A DNA stretch of 25,149 nt from a virus (lineage: Duplodnaviria; Caudoviricetes). Made by a program: the position numbers and the translations under genes. Positions 1 to 8,837 of this stretch are shown here, piece by piece (within the stretch, counting starts at the first letter, position 1; the number at the start of each line of letters is the position of its first letter). The DNA lies in the IMG/VR virus record IMGVR_UViG_3300025191_000003, positions 1 to 25,149 of that record; one strand, 5' to 3'. The notes under the pieces are model-generated. The model made no database searches. It saw only the letters and a program-made list of their open reading frames with translations, and was not told where the DNA came from.

Positions 1-2
1 CC

Positions 3-335
3 GACGATATACGCCCACTAACCGATTTAGTGCAGGTAAACGCGCCTAACGTGGTTAATTACGATCTAAACTTAACTTATTATATTCGTAAAGACGACAG
101 CGCCAGCGTTACCGACATACAAGGCCGAGTTAACGACGCAGTAACCGCTTACATTGAATGGCAACGTGAAAAACTAGGCCGCGACATTAACCCAGATCAG
201 TTAGTTTCACGATTAATACAAGCAGGCGTTAAGCGCTCAGCAATTACAACGCCAACACTGCAAGCGGTTTTAGCAACCGACGTTGCTTTTGCTGATAACG
301 TAACCGTAAATTATGGCGGCTTAGAAGATGACTAA
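3..335 (+). CDS. Baseplate assembly protein J (P2 gpJ-like), C-terminal part, truncated by the window start
   Basis: Frame is open from position 3 (DDIRPLTDLVQ...). RPLTD motif and 'LGRDI' C-terminal segment are typical of gpJ. Lies directly upstream of a gpI-like gene. Confidence 0.85.
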   Translation, partial: DDIRPLTDLVQVNAPNVVNYDLNLTYYIRKDDSASVTDIQGRVNDAVTAYIEWQREKLGRDINPDQLVSRLIQAGVKRSAITTPTLQAVLATDVAFADNVTVNYGGLEDD

Positions 336-984
336 CCGATCAGACGTTACATTAACCGAGATATTGCCCGCAAATATAACGCGAGATCCGCAAGCTAAAA
401 GTATGGCGCAAGCTATACAGCCAGAGTTAGACGCGGTAAAAGAAGCAATACCTCTATTAGAAATTTACAAACGTATTGACGAGTTACCGCTTAGCGTTTT
501 ACGCATGATAGCGCTAGAAAATCAGGTGTATTACGATGAGTGGGAACTGGCAACCACCATAGAAGCCAAGCGCGAGCTAGTTAAAAACAGCTTTAACTTA
601 AACATGCGCCGTGGTACAAAATGGGCGGTTGAACGTGTGTTAGAGCTTGTTACTGGTGTAACTGGCGTGCAGGAGTGGTTTGAATATGGCGGGCAGCCTT
701 ACCATTTTAAAGTAACGTTAGATATTGCCCAGGGTAATATTTCAAGAGATCAAATTTTACAGGCGTCAAGGCTAGTAAGAAGGTATAAACCTTTGCGTTC
801 GCCATTAGAAGCCTTTGAAGTACAAGCAGAAGCAGAGCCGGCACCAGCCTATGCAGGTGCAATAAATACAGCAATAATGCAAGTTGATGCTTTAGCCTAC
901 CCAGAGCTAAACGGAAACTTTACCGCACAAGCGGGCGCCGCGTCTGGCTTTACAGTAATTAGTGAAACATATCCGCAAACATAA
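328..984 (+). CDS. Phage tail protein I (P2 gpI-like)
   Basis: RRGTKWAVERVL and EWFEYGGQPYHF motifs; J-I-H gene order. Confidence 0.88.
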   Translation: MTNRSDVTLTEILPANITRDPQAKSMAQAIQPELDAVKEAIPLLEIYKRIDELPLSVLRMIALENQVYYDEWELATTIEAKRELVKNSFNLNMRRGTKWAVERVLELVTGVTGVQEWFEYGGQPYHFKVTLDIAQGNISRDQILQASRLVRRYKPLRSPLEAFEVQAEAEPAPAYAGAINTAIMQVDALAYPELNGNFTAQAGAASGFTVISETYPQT

Positions 985-997
985 CGGGGTGGTTTAA

Positions 998-2455
998 ATG
1001 AGTTCGATAGTAACAACCATAGGAACAAACAAGCTTGCTAACGCAACGCCGCTTGATCAATTAGAAATTATACAAATAGCGGTTGGCGACGGTAACGGCA
1101 GCACCCCAACGCTTGACCCTTCACAAACTCAATTAGTTAATGAGGTTTGGCGCGGTGGTGTGTCTACACCAATTAAAGGCCCAAAAGAAAACATAGTAAT
1201 TTTTGAAGGTTTTATACCGCAAAATATTGGCCCGTTCACAATACGCGAAGTGGGAATATTTGACCCTGCAGGTGACTTAATAGCCGTAGGTACAACCGCA
1301 ATTGTAGAAAAACCAGATCCTGCAACTGAAACAGCCATAACTTTACGAATCCGTTTACATGTGGCGCTAGAAAGCACAAGCGATATTCAATTAATAGCGC
1401 AAGATCAGGGCGTATTTGATCACCAAGGCGCAACAAACCGCGACGCCGAAGGTGCACACCCTGCAAGCTCAATAACCACAGCAGAATTAACAGCGTTAGC
1501 TTTATCAGCAAGCGACGTTCAAGGTGTTTTAAATAACCTTAAAAACGCTGCTTTACGCGCAATGGGAACAGCAACCGATGAAGTGCCAGACAACGCGCAA
1601 TTAAATACACGTTTAGGAACTACTAATAATTTAGGAAATGCAGCGCAAAGAACTATTGGCACAGATATCGATCAAGTGCCTGACAAAGAAATATTAGACA
1701 CTAGGCTGAATACTACAGGTAATTTAGGTGATGCAGCAAATAGAACTATTGGCACAGGTGCAGACCAAGTTCCTGACAAAGAAATACTCGATGCGAGATT
1801 CGGCGGTTATACTGGCAATTTAGGCACAGCAGCAAGATTTAATAAAGGAACTGACAGCCTCAGCATCCCAGACAATAACCAATTAGATTTACGCTTAGGC
1901 ACTAGCGGTAATTTAGGCGATGCAGCACAAAGAGCCATTGGCACAGGCACAAACCAAGTTCCAGATAAAGAAATACTTGATTCAAGACTAGGCACCACTG
2001 GCGACATAAGCGACAGATATGGCGAGGGTGATAATATAATGGTTGGCGCTGTAGTTTATTTTGCAACCACAGTTACACCAAGCGGATATATTAAAGCAAA
2101 TGGTGCAGCAGTTAGCCGCACAACTTACGCAAACCTATTTGCAAGAGTTGGTGAGTTTTGGGGTGCAGGTAATGGCTCAACAACGTTTAACGTGCCAGAC
2201 TTGCGCGGTGAGTTTATCCGTACTTATGATGATGGCCGAGGTATTGATTCTGGCCGTGCATTTGGTAGTTTTCAGGCAGACGAATTTAAAAGCCATAGCC
2301 ACACACTGCCTGTAAGAGACAACAACAACACTGGCAACAACTACATAGAAGATGCAGACAGCACACAGCTTGTAAGAACGGCAAACACAGGCCTTACAGG
2401 TGGTGATGAAACACGCCCTCGCAATATTGCATTAGCAGCTTACATAAAATATTAA
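998..2455 (+). CDS. Tail fibre protein 1 (P2 gpH/DUF3751-type N-terminal anchor, internal 31-aa repeats, C-terminal tail-collar domain)
   Basis: N-term IAVGDGNG...FTIREVGIFD; C-term PSGYIKANGAAVSRTTYANLFA...FNVPDLRGEFIR...ETRPRNIA collar/tip motifs. Confidence 0.92.
   Translation: MSSIVTTIGTNKLANATPLDQLEIIQIAVGDGNGSTPTLDPSQTQLVNEVWRGGVSTPIKGPKENIVIFEGFIPQNIGPFTIREVGIFDPAGDLIAVGTTAIVEKPDPATETAITLRIRLHVALESTSDIQLIAQDQGVFDHQGATNRDAEGAHPASSITTAELTALALSASDVQGVLNNLKNAALRAMGTATDEVPDNAQLNTRLGTTNNLGNAAQRTIGTDIDQVPDKEILDTRLNTTGNLGDAANRTIGTGADQVPDKEILDARFGGYTGNLGTAARFNKGTDSLSIPDNNQLDLRLGTSGNLGDAAQRAIGTGTNQVPDKEILDSRLGTTGDISDRYGEGDNIMVGAVVYFATTVTPSGYIKANGAAVSRTTYANLFARVGEFWGAGNGSTTFNVPDLRGEFIRTYDDGRGIDSGRAFGSFQADEFKSHSHTLPVRDNNNTGNNYIEDADSTQLVRTANTGLTGGDETRPRNIALAAYIKY
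1538..2005 (+). repeat. Five ~93-bp (31-32 aa) degenerate tandem repeats inside fibre 1 (LGxAAxRxIGTxxDQVPDxxxLDxRLGTTGN)
   Basis: Units start at 1538, 1631, 1724, 1820, 1913. Confidence 0.9.
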
Positions 2456-2456
2456 G

Positions 2457-2957
2457 GTGGAAAACATGGATAATTTAACAGTTTATAACTATCATCCATC
2501 AAACGGTGTGTTTTTAAGTGAAGGCGAAGCAGAGCAAGATCAGCTAGACGCCGATAACTGGTTAATACCAGCGCATGCAACAGACAAAAAACCTCCAAAG
2601 AAAAAGGCAGGATATGCCCTAGCATTTAAAAATAACAAGTGGCAAAATGTTATTGATAATCGCGGCACAGTTTATTGGTTAGAAGATGGCAGCGAACACG
2701 TTATAAGCGATATTGGTGAAGAACTACCAGAAGGCGCTTTAACTGAAAAACCAGTTATTGATCTAGAGCCATTAACTAACGAGCAAATAAAAGAACAACG
2801 CGCCATTGAATACGCAAACCCAACAACAGGCAGCGACCGTTATTTTGCAGAAGCCGCACGCAAACGCGCAAGCGGTGACGAACAAGGCGCAAGCGAAGCA
2901 GAGCAACTAGGCATAGCCAGATTTGAAGAAATTAAAGCTCAATACCCAACAACATAA
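2457..2957 (+). CDS. Tail fibre assembly chaperone (Tfa-like); ATG at 2466 is an alternative start
   Basis: VYNYHP...LIPAHATDKKPP...WQNVIDNRG...IGEELPEGALTEKP motifs; directly follows fibre 1. Confidence 0.85.
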   Translation: MENMDNLTVYNYHPSNGVFLSEGEAEQDQLDADNWLIPAHATDKKPPKKKAGYALAFKNNKWQNVIDNRGTVYWLEDGSEHVISDIGEELPEGALTEKPVIDLEPLTNEQIKEQRAIEYANPTTGSDRYFAEAARKRASGDEQGASEAEQLGIARFEEIKAQYPTT

Positions 2958-2971
2958 GCGAGAGTGATCAC

Positions 2972-5191
2972 ATGGCAGGCACTATTTTAACAAACATTGG
3001 CCTTTCAAAACTGGCTGCAGCAACGCCACAAAACCAGTTAAGCATCACCCACATTGCAGTGGGCGATGGCAACGGCGGATTCCCTACGCTAAGCCCAACC
3101 ATGACATCGTTAACTAATGAAGTGTGGCGAGGCACTGCTTCAAACCCTGTGCGATCTGACGATGAAGAAAATGTAATATTTTTTGAGGTAAACATACCAC
3201 CAGAAGATGGTAACTTTACAATACGTGAGGTTGCTATATTTGACAATGCTGGTGAAATGATAGCCATTGGCCATACTAGTGAAATAGTAAAGCCTGAACC
3301 AACTTCAGAATCAGCATTTTCGTTAACAGCCCGTATATTTATAGCGCTAGAAAACGCAAGTCAGGTTAGTTTGATTTATCAAGATACAAACAAAACACAC
3401 CATAACACGCTAACAAACCGCGATGCATCAAACAGCCACCCAGCAACCGCTATTAGATCAAATGACGGTAGAAGTGTTGAACAGCGCTTAATTGATTTGC
3501 CTGCAGAGGTTTCAGCTGTTGTTGCAGCGGAAGCGGACCGGGCTGAGGTTGCAGCAGATGCGGCAACACTAAGCGGCATGATTTACGCAGACACTACAGC
3601 AGCTCTTGCAGAAACAGTTGACGGTGATTATTTTAGCATTGTTAGTACTGATAGTGTGGGTTATTTAGATTTATATTTAAACGATTCCGGATCTGCTGTT
3701 TTTCAGAAACAATACCCTAGTTCTGGTTATTTAGAGAGCGCCACTGAATCAATAGACCAGCGCGTTATACCTGAATTTGAATGGTCAATTTTTGATTCGA
3801 GCGGCAGGATCGCGGCGGGGGTAAAATCTAACGGTACTTTTGCAGTGGCTAAGCTAGAAGATAACAACAACCCTAATTATGAGTTGCCAGACGGCTTTTC
3901 GTGGGGGCTATTAGATGTTAAGGGAGCAGTAGTATTAGGTGTAAAATCTAACGGTACAGTAGTTAATGGTTCTATGATAACAAGCAAGATAAATAACGTT
4001 GCATCCATAGGTCTTGGTTTGCCGCTATCTGAGGGTTACTTTGCCAGCGAAGTTGCTCACAAGATATCCTATGGTCAATCACTATCAATAGGTGTTAGTG
4101 GTAGCCCAGCAATAACAACAGCTCAAGAGCAAAATAATGTCACTTTTGACAGCGGTTTAACAGCATATATCCCGCTAGTAGAGCCAGCATACGGCGGTGA
4201 GCCTGACACTGAAACTCTTTGTGCGGGTTCATCTAACGCAATAAACACATTAATTAAAAACGAAAATGGTACAAGCTATAAAAACCAATCGTACAAGTTG
4301 CTAGCTAGCTGTGCGGGTGAGGGTGGTTATAGCATTTCAGGGTTAGAAAAGGGTGGTATTATTTACCCTCGAATCACTGACCAAATAACAGCAGGGAAAA
4401 GCATTGCTAACGCAGCAAATGAAAGCTATTCATTACAAGCAGTTGACTGGGTGCAGGGTGAGAGTGATTATAACGCTGGTACTAGTCGTGCAGTTTACGA
4501 GTCTGCATTAAGTGGCTTGCTTGCTGATATAGATGCAGATGCAAAAGCAATTACATCGCAAGATGATGACGTAAAAATGCTGACTTATCAAACGGCCTCC
4601 CACATTGCTAGGGGTGAAACGTACCCTACAATTGCATTAGCTCAACTAGACGCTATAAAAAACAATCCGAACATTTATGGTGCGTGTCCTAGTTACATTT
4701 TCCAGTATGTTGGTGATAATGTACACATGACCAATAATTCTTACAGGCTCATGGGGTTGTATTTTGGTTTAGCATACAAACGAGCTGTTATTGATAAAGC
4801 TAATCCCGATGTTGTCCGCCCTATTTCTATCAAAACTGATGAAAACAGAATATATCTAAAATTCAATGTACCAGTTAAGCCGCTTAAATTTGATATAACA
4901 CAGGTAACTAAAAACACTAATTATGGTTTTACTGTTCTAGATAACTTAGATACTGAGGTAACACAAGCAGCAGAACCAGTGATAATTAATAACGATACTG
5001 TTAAATTAACACTAAATACAAACGCAGTAGCAGGTATGAAGATACAGTATGCTTTTTATGGCACAGGAAGCGGTGAGACAGGAAGCTTTGATGGCGCGCG
5101 CGGTAATCTGAGAGATTCCCAGGGTGATTACGTTCAAGTTGATGGTAGCAAACTACACAATTACAGTTTCATTTTCGAGGAAATTTTATAA
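2972..5191 (+). CDS. Tail fibre/spike protein 2: same gpH-type anchor plus C-terminal SGNH-hydrolase / sialate O-acetylesterase-like domain
   Basis: N-terminal ~160 aa parallel fibre 1 (IAVGDGNG, NEVWRG, FTIREVAIFD, TNRDA..HPA). C-term has GQSLS, WVQGESD and DNVH, matching SGNH blocks I, III and V. Confidence 0.8.
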   Translation: MAGTILTNIGLSKLAAATPQNQLSITHIAVGDGNGGFPTLSPTMTSLTNEVWRGTASNPVRSDDEENVIFFEVNIPPEDGNFTIREVAIFDNAGEMIAIGHTSEIVKPEPTSESAFSLTARIFIALENASQVSLIYQDTNKTHHNTLTNRDASNSHPATAIRSNDGRSVEQRLIDLPAEVSAVVAAEADRAEVAADAATLSGMIYADTTAALAETVDGDYFSIVSTDSVGYLDLYLNDSGSAVFQKQYPSSGYLESATESIDQRVIPEFEWSIFDSSGRIAAGVKSNGTFAVAKLEDNNNPNYELPDGFSWGLLDVKGAVVLGVKSNGTVVNGSMITSKINNVASIGLGLPLSEGYFASEVAHKISYGQSLSIGVSGSPAITTAQEQNNVTFDSGLTAYIPLVEPAYGGEPDTETLCAGSSNAINTLIKNENGTSYKNQSYKLLASCAGEGGYSISGLEKGGIIYPRITDQITAGKSIANAANESYSLQAVDWVQGESDYNAGTSRAVYESALSGLLADIDADAKAITSQDDDVKMLTYQTASHIARGETYPTIALAQLDAIKNNPNIYGACPSYIFQYVGDNVHMTNNSYRLMGLYFGLAYKRAVIDKANPDVVRPISIKTDENRIYLKFNVPVKPLKFDITQVTKNTNYGFTVLDNLDTEVTQAAEPVIINNDTVKLTLNTNAVAGMKIQYAFYGTGSGETGSFDGARGNLRDSQGDYVQVDGSKLHNYSFIFEEIL

Positions 5192-5889
5192 TGACTATTT
5201 CAGTATATTTAAAAGACGCAAACTTCACTGATTTTTTAGCATCTACAGCGCCAGTACCCGATGGTTTACAGGTCTTAATAAGGCCCCGACTAGATGCTTC
5301 AACAGCAGAGAAAAACGAAGCATTTAACAAAGATGATGTTTTTCAAAATGGCACGCCAACTTACAAAGCATACTCTGCATCTGACATTAACGCATCCAAT
5401 TTTTACGAGTCGCAATTTACACCAAGCGCAAGCGGCGAAGCGACTTACATAGCGTTAATGAAAGAACCACAGGCGCAATCTCGGTTTCTCGGTAACTTTT
5501 TTGATACTGACGGCGTTGGTGATATGGTGGATTATATTAGCTCAACTGGAACAATACGTGCGTTTAATAACGGGAAATCAGCTTCTATTGTAATGCCCAC
5601 TGTTGACGCTGCTAAATTTAGATTGTTTTTCGCGGCGTTCAAACCATTAGAAACCACTGTTGGATATTCTGATGGTGGTATCATAAACCCGTACACAGCA
5701 TCCTCAACAGAAGACAGAACAACATTACCAGCAAGAATGGCTCGACTGGGCTGGGCTTACAGCGGTTCAAATGCTAACAATGAAGTAGCTGCATTTTTAG
5801 TGTGGGATAGATATCTAAGCGTGGCTGAGATAAAAGAAGTGCAAGAATGGCTTGTTGGCGTTTACGGTGCTAATTTAGACATAACATAA
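5191..5889 (+). CDS. Beta-rich tail-associated protein, LamG/concanavalin-like fold suspected
   Basis: Coupled to fibre 2 (stop/start overlap); C-terminal 'VAAFLVWDRYLSVAEIKEV' resembles the LamG-type closing motif. Confidence 0.5.
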   Translation: MTISVYLKDANFTDFLASTAPVPDGLQVLIRPRLDASTAEKNEAFNKDDVFQNGTPTYKAYSASDINASNFYESQFTPSASGEATYIALMKEPQAQSRFLGNFFDTDGVGDMVDYISSTGTIRAFNNGKSASIVMPTVDAAKFRLFFAAFKPLETTVGYSDGGIINPYTASSTEDRTTLPARMARLGWAYSGSNANNEVAAFLVWDRYLSVAEIKEVQEWLVGVYGANLDIT

Positions 5890-5934
5890 AGTGCATGTAT
5901 GAAAGTTAAAAAACTGTTTTAAAGCAGGTATTGA

Positions 5935-6030
5935 ATGGAAAAAATAGACATTGGATTAATTAAATTCTTATTAGTTGTAATGGAAGTTACGCTGGTATTT
6001 CTGTTTTATATGTTAAGAAATAAATTTTAA
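5935..6030 (+). CDS. 31-aa hydrophobic peptide (MEKIDIGLIKFLLVVMEVTLVFLFYMLRNKF), not in the ORF track
   Basis: ATG preceded by GCAGGT; one predicted TM segment. Confidence 0.45.
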   Translation: MEKIDIGLIKFLLVVMEVTLVFLFYMLRNKF

Positions 6031-6057
6031 ATTATCATTAAATAAAAGGAGATCCGA

Positions 6058-6132
6058 ATGGATTCTACAAAACGGCCTAAGAAAACACAGCAGCAAAACG
6101 AAAAGAAAACAGAAGAACAGCAGGAGCCTTAA
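6058..6132 (+). CDS. 24-aa charged peptide (MDSTKRPKKTQQQNEKKTEEQQEP), not in the ORF track
   Basis: Strong SD AAAGGAGA upstream; its 3' end carries the CAGGAG SD of the next gene. Confidence 0.5.
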   Translation: MDSTKRPKKTQQQNEKKTEEQQEP

Positions 6133-6135
6133 CTA

Positions 6136-6558
6136 ATGCTAATTACATGTGCGTTATCTTTTTTAATGCTTGCACGATGGACTGATAAGCGAGTTTGTTA
6201 CACATTGTCTTTAGTTGCTGCATTGTTGTGGATTAATGCGCATGTATTTAGCGCTGAAAATGAAGTTCTTTATTTATTAAGGGGCTCGATAATATTTTTT
6301 TCTGCAACTTATTTATTAAAACAACCCGTAAAGCAAAGCATTTATCAATCTGTTATTTTGTTTTGCACTTTAATTAGTTACACTTTGCACGAGGCTGAAT
6401 CAGCGCTTAACGTTACAATAATTTACGACCAGTTCGAGGCGGTTATATATGGACTCATTACTTGCCATTTTATCGGGATATTTAAAACATTATGGCCTAG
6501 TTTTAGTAATGACGATTCAAGTTGTCGTGCTGGCTGTAAAAATATACAAGGGGTGTAA
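6136..6558 (+). CDS. Multi-pass membrane protein of unknown function in the lysis region
   Basis: Several hydrophobic stretches; SD CAGGAG. Confidence 0.7.
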   Translation: MLITCALSFLMLARWTDKRVCYTLSLVAALLWINAHVFSAENEVLYLLRGSIIFFSATYLLKQPVKQSIYQSVILFCTLISYTLHEAESALNVTIIYDQFEAVIYGLITCHFIGIFKTLWPSFSNDDSSCRAGCKNIQGV

Positions 6559-6563
6559 AAACT

Positions 6564-6845
6564 ATGTCAAACAGCGCAGGCGACAACAGCTTAATAACAT
6601 CGGCAGCAACGGGGGCAACATCGGCCCCAATGACAATAATTAATGAATACGCCGCACTGGCTGGTATTGTTGTATCAATTTTAAGCTTGCTGGTAGGTGT
6701 TTATTTTAAAGTTCAAGAGAGGCGCGACAAGCGGCATGTATTAATAAAAAGCCACGAAGCTTTGCGCGAAGAGTTAAAGCAGCAATTAATTAACGAAATT
6801 AAAAGCGAAGAAGGCGATATTAATGAACAAATTAGTTGTAATTGA
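6564..6845 (+). CDS. Putative holin-like membrane protein
   Basis: TM segment AALAGIVVSILSLLVGVYF followed by a charged tail; immediately upstream of the endolysin. Confidence 0.55.
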   Translation: MSNSAGDNSLITSAATGATSAPMTIINEYAALAGIVVSILSLLVGVYFKVQERRDKRHVLIKSHEALREELKQQLINEIKSEEGDINEQISCN

Positions 6846-7518
6846 TGCAGGACATGGCGGTAAAGACCCGGGTGCAGTGGGTAATAATTTAAAAGAAAAA
6901 GATCTAACGCTTACTGTTGCCGGCCTAACGTGTGATATTTTAGAAAGTGTATACAAAGTTAACACGCTACAAACACGCCCTAAAGACCAGTTTGTAAGTT
7001 TAAATAACCGCACCAGCGTAGCGAACGCAGCACATGCTGATTGTTTGGTTTCAATTCACATTAACGCAGCTACACCTAGCGCTAATGGTTTTGAAAGCTT
7101 TGTTTATACCACTGATGACGAAAGCACTAAATCTTACGCGCTACAAAAAGCATTACACGCACCTTTGGCAAAGCATTTTTATAGTGATCGCGGGCGTAAA
7201 AAAGCTAACTTTCATATGGTGCGAGAATACAAAGGGGCGGCGGTATTAATTGAACTTGGATTTATTACTAATGCGATAGACGCGAAAAAATTAAAAAACG
7301 GTGATTTTTTATTTCAACTGGCCGAAAGTTTAGCCGGTGGCATTGCTAAATACCTGGGCGCAACAAAGTGCCAAACGCAAAAAAGCGGCGACACATACCG
7401 CGTTATAGTTGACGGAGTACAAAAAGCGGCCTACTCTGACTTAGACAACCTAGCTAGCGAAGTTAAAAAACAAGCGGCCAGCGGAAAATCTAGCATTCAA
7501 TTACAACTAATTAAGTAA
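6823..7518 (+). CDS. Endolysin, N-acetylmuramoyl-L-alanine amidase (Amidase_3 family)
   Basis: VVIDAGHGGKDPGA, EKD, VSIHINA and LIELGFITN zinc-amidase motifs. Confidence 0.95.
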   Translation: MNKLVVIDAGHGGKDPGAVGNNLKEKDLTLTVAGLTCDILESVYKVNTLQTRPKDQFVSLNNRTSVANAAHADCLVSIHINAATPSANGFESFVYTTDDESTKSYALQKALHAPLAKHFYSDRGRKKANFHMVREYKGAAVLIELGFITNAIDAKKLKNGDFLFQLAESLAGGIAKYLGATKCQTQKSGDTYRVIVDGVQKAAYSDLDNLASEVKKQAASGKSSIQLQLIK

Positions 7519-7528
7519 GGGTGATCAC

Positions 7529-7768
7529 ATGGATCAAAGTGTTATTGATACAATTCTACTCATAATGCAGTGGGTAACTACTATTGTTGGCGCTGCAAGC
7601 GTAATTGTAGCGGCGTTAATTAAAGTAGCTAAGCTAACACCATCTAGTAAGGATGATGCGTGGCTAAGCGGCGCACAGGCGTTTTTAGCAAGCGCTATTG
7701 CATTACTTGATCGGTTAGCGCTTAACCCAGATCAAGATAAAGCGCGAAGGCCAAAAGGCAAGCTATGA
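7529..7768 (+). CDS. Putative holin / membrane protein
   Basis: Hydrophobic N-terminal helix, 'TPSSKDDAW' turn, basic C-terminus; between endolysin and spanins. Confidence 0.6.
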   Translation: MDQSVIDTILLIMQWVTTIVGAASVIVAALIKVAKLTPSSKDDAWLSGAQAFLASAIALLDRLALNPDQDKARRPKGKL

Positions 7769-8001
7769 ATAAAATATTAACCATACTGGCGGCTTTAGCT
7801 GAATTGCTTGGCCGTTATTTTCGCGTAAAAGAGCAGCGAGAACATGACGAGCAACAGCAACAAATTAAAGATAATCCTGCAGGCTGGTTTGATAATCACT
7901 TTAACGGTGATAATAACGGGGTGCAAACTAACAAACCCGTGCCCAGCAATGCCGACCAAACCAAACAAACCAGCCCTGCCAAGCATACAAAAAACGACTG
8001 A
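7765..8001 (+). CDS. Putative inner-membrane spanin (Rz-like)
   Basis: Short N-terminal hydrophobic segment; overlapped out of frame by a lipoprotein ORF. Confidence 0.55.
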   Translation: MNKILTILAALAELLGRYFRVKEQREHDEQQQQIKDNPAGWFDNHFNGDNNGVQTNKPVPSNADQTKQTSPAKHTKND

Positions 8002-8080
8002 CGGCGGTATTAAGTTAAATAAACACGATACCGAATCGCTAGCTAATTATATTTTAGATCTTGAACGCGGTTATAAATAA
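7844..8080 (+). CDS. Putative outer-membrane lipoprotein spanin (Rz1-like)
   Basis: Signal peptide ending in lipobox-like IITG-C, then a Pro-rich segment (PCPAMPTKPNKPALP); overlaps the Rz-like ORF. Confidence 0.7.
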   Translation: MTSNSNKLKIILQAGLIITLTVIITGCKLTNPCPAMPTKPNKPALPSIQKTTDGGIKLNKHDTESLANYILDLERGYK

Positions 8081-8083
8081 CAC

Positions 8084-8112
8084 TTTACAAAGTACCCAAT
8101 TTTAAATAATAT
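8084..8112 (+). promoter_or_regulatory. Predicted sigma70 promoter TTTACA-17-TAATAT with AAAGTACCCAAT in the spacer
   Basis: -35 at 8084-8089, -10 at 8107-8112, upstream of a small ORF with an SD. Confidence 0.5.
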
Positions 8113-8139
8113 AGTTTAACTTAATTAAAGGGGTAACTT

Positions 8140-8229
8140 ATGCAAGCAATTTTAATAACAGCGTTTTTGGGTTTTGGTTTGGCCTATCTTTTATATAAAG
8201 ATCATGTTGCAGATAAAAGCGACGATTAA
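8140..8229 (+). CDS. 29-aa single-TM peptide (MQAILITAFLGFGLAYLLYKDHVADKSDD), not in the ORF track
   Basis: SD AAAGGGG, own predicted promoter, downstream terminator. Confidence 0.6.
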   Translation: MQAILITAFLGFGLAYLLYKDHVADKSDD

Positions 8230-8256
8230 CAGAGTTCCAATGTTGACGGTGAGAGC

Positions 8257-8294
8257 AAAGCAACTATCTGGTAATTCCAGATAGTTGCTTTTTT
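8257..8294. terminator. Intrinsic terminator between convergent genes
   Basis: Perfect 15-bp inverted repeat AAAGCAACTATCTGG-taatt-CCAGATAGTTGCTTT plus T-tract. Confidence 0.85.
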
Positions 8295-8811
8295 ATTGGG
8301 CCCACGCATTTGCACCAAGTTCAAACCATTTATAGTAAAGCAAAACGTTACACGCTTGGTTATTAGGGTTTTTAAATATAATTAGCGTTTCACTGTTTTC
8401 TGTAATTGGTTTTATTTCAGTTGGTGAAAACGTTTCACCGCCTTTATTTGATCCGCTGGCCGCTTGACCTGGTATTAAATCAATATCGTTAAGTGTTCCC
8501 GCGTCGCTATAGCTACACGGAGCAATAACAGCGCCAGTAGGTTTAACTAATTTTGGGTTTGCGGGAAATATAGTTATAGGATCACCGGTAATAGTTGTTG
8601 TTGCGCCCGTTCTTACTTCGTAGCGTATGTTTGGCTGGTCGGTTGATATTACGCGATTGTATAGCATAGCTACTTTATCGCCAGTTGTAACGGATAACGA
8701 ATATTCACCCTCACCCGGTATTACAATTTCTGTAAACGCTCTAAAACCGTTACCTTTATCGATCATCAAAGGTATTAAATCTAGCGTTGATGTTAAGTTG
8801 TTGCTAAGCAT
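8293..8811 (-). CDS. Hypothetical beta-rich phage protein (172 aa)
   Basis: Long ORF with SD GAGG, ending at the terminator; no recognised family. Confidence 0.75.
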   Translation of the reverse strand: MLSNNLTSTLDLIPLMIDKGNGFRAFTEIVIPGEGEYSLSVTTGDKVAMLYNRVISTDQPNIRYEVRTGATTTITGDPITIFPANPKLVKPTGAVIAPCSYSDAGTLNDIDLIPGQAASGSNKGGETFSPTEIKPITENSETLIIFKNPNNQACNVLLYYKWFELGANAWAQ

Positions 8812-8837
8812 GCTGTAACCCTCATAATATATTTAGA

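Noticed and set aside
1129-3579. Antisense or alternate-frame ORFs inside the tail genes (and similar shadows at 6449, 6786, 7034, 7795, 8627, 8880, 10679, 10716, 11228, 11771, 12864, 18253, 18510, 18977, 19295, 20238, 20568, 22354, 24020, 24408)
   Set aside because: They overlap well-supported genes or structured regions, with no convincing SD or recognisable motif.
998-5191. Diversity-generating retroelement or invertible tail-fibre cassette
   Set aside because: No reverse transcriptase, no TR/VR pair with adenine-specific mismatches seen, no serine invertase, and both fibres are full-length and co-oriented.
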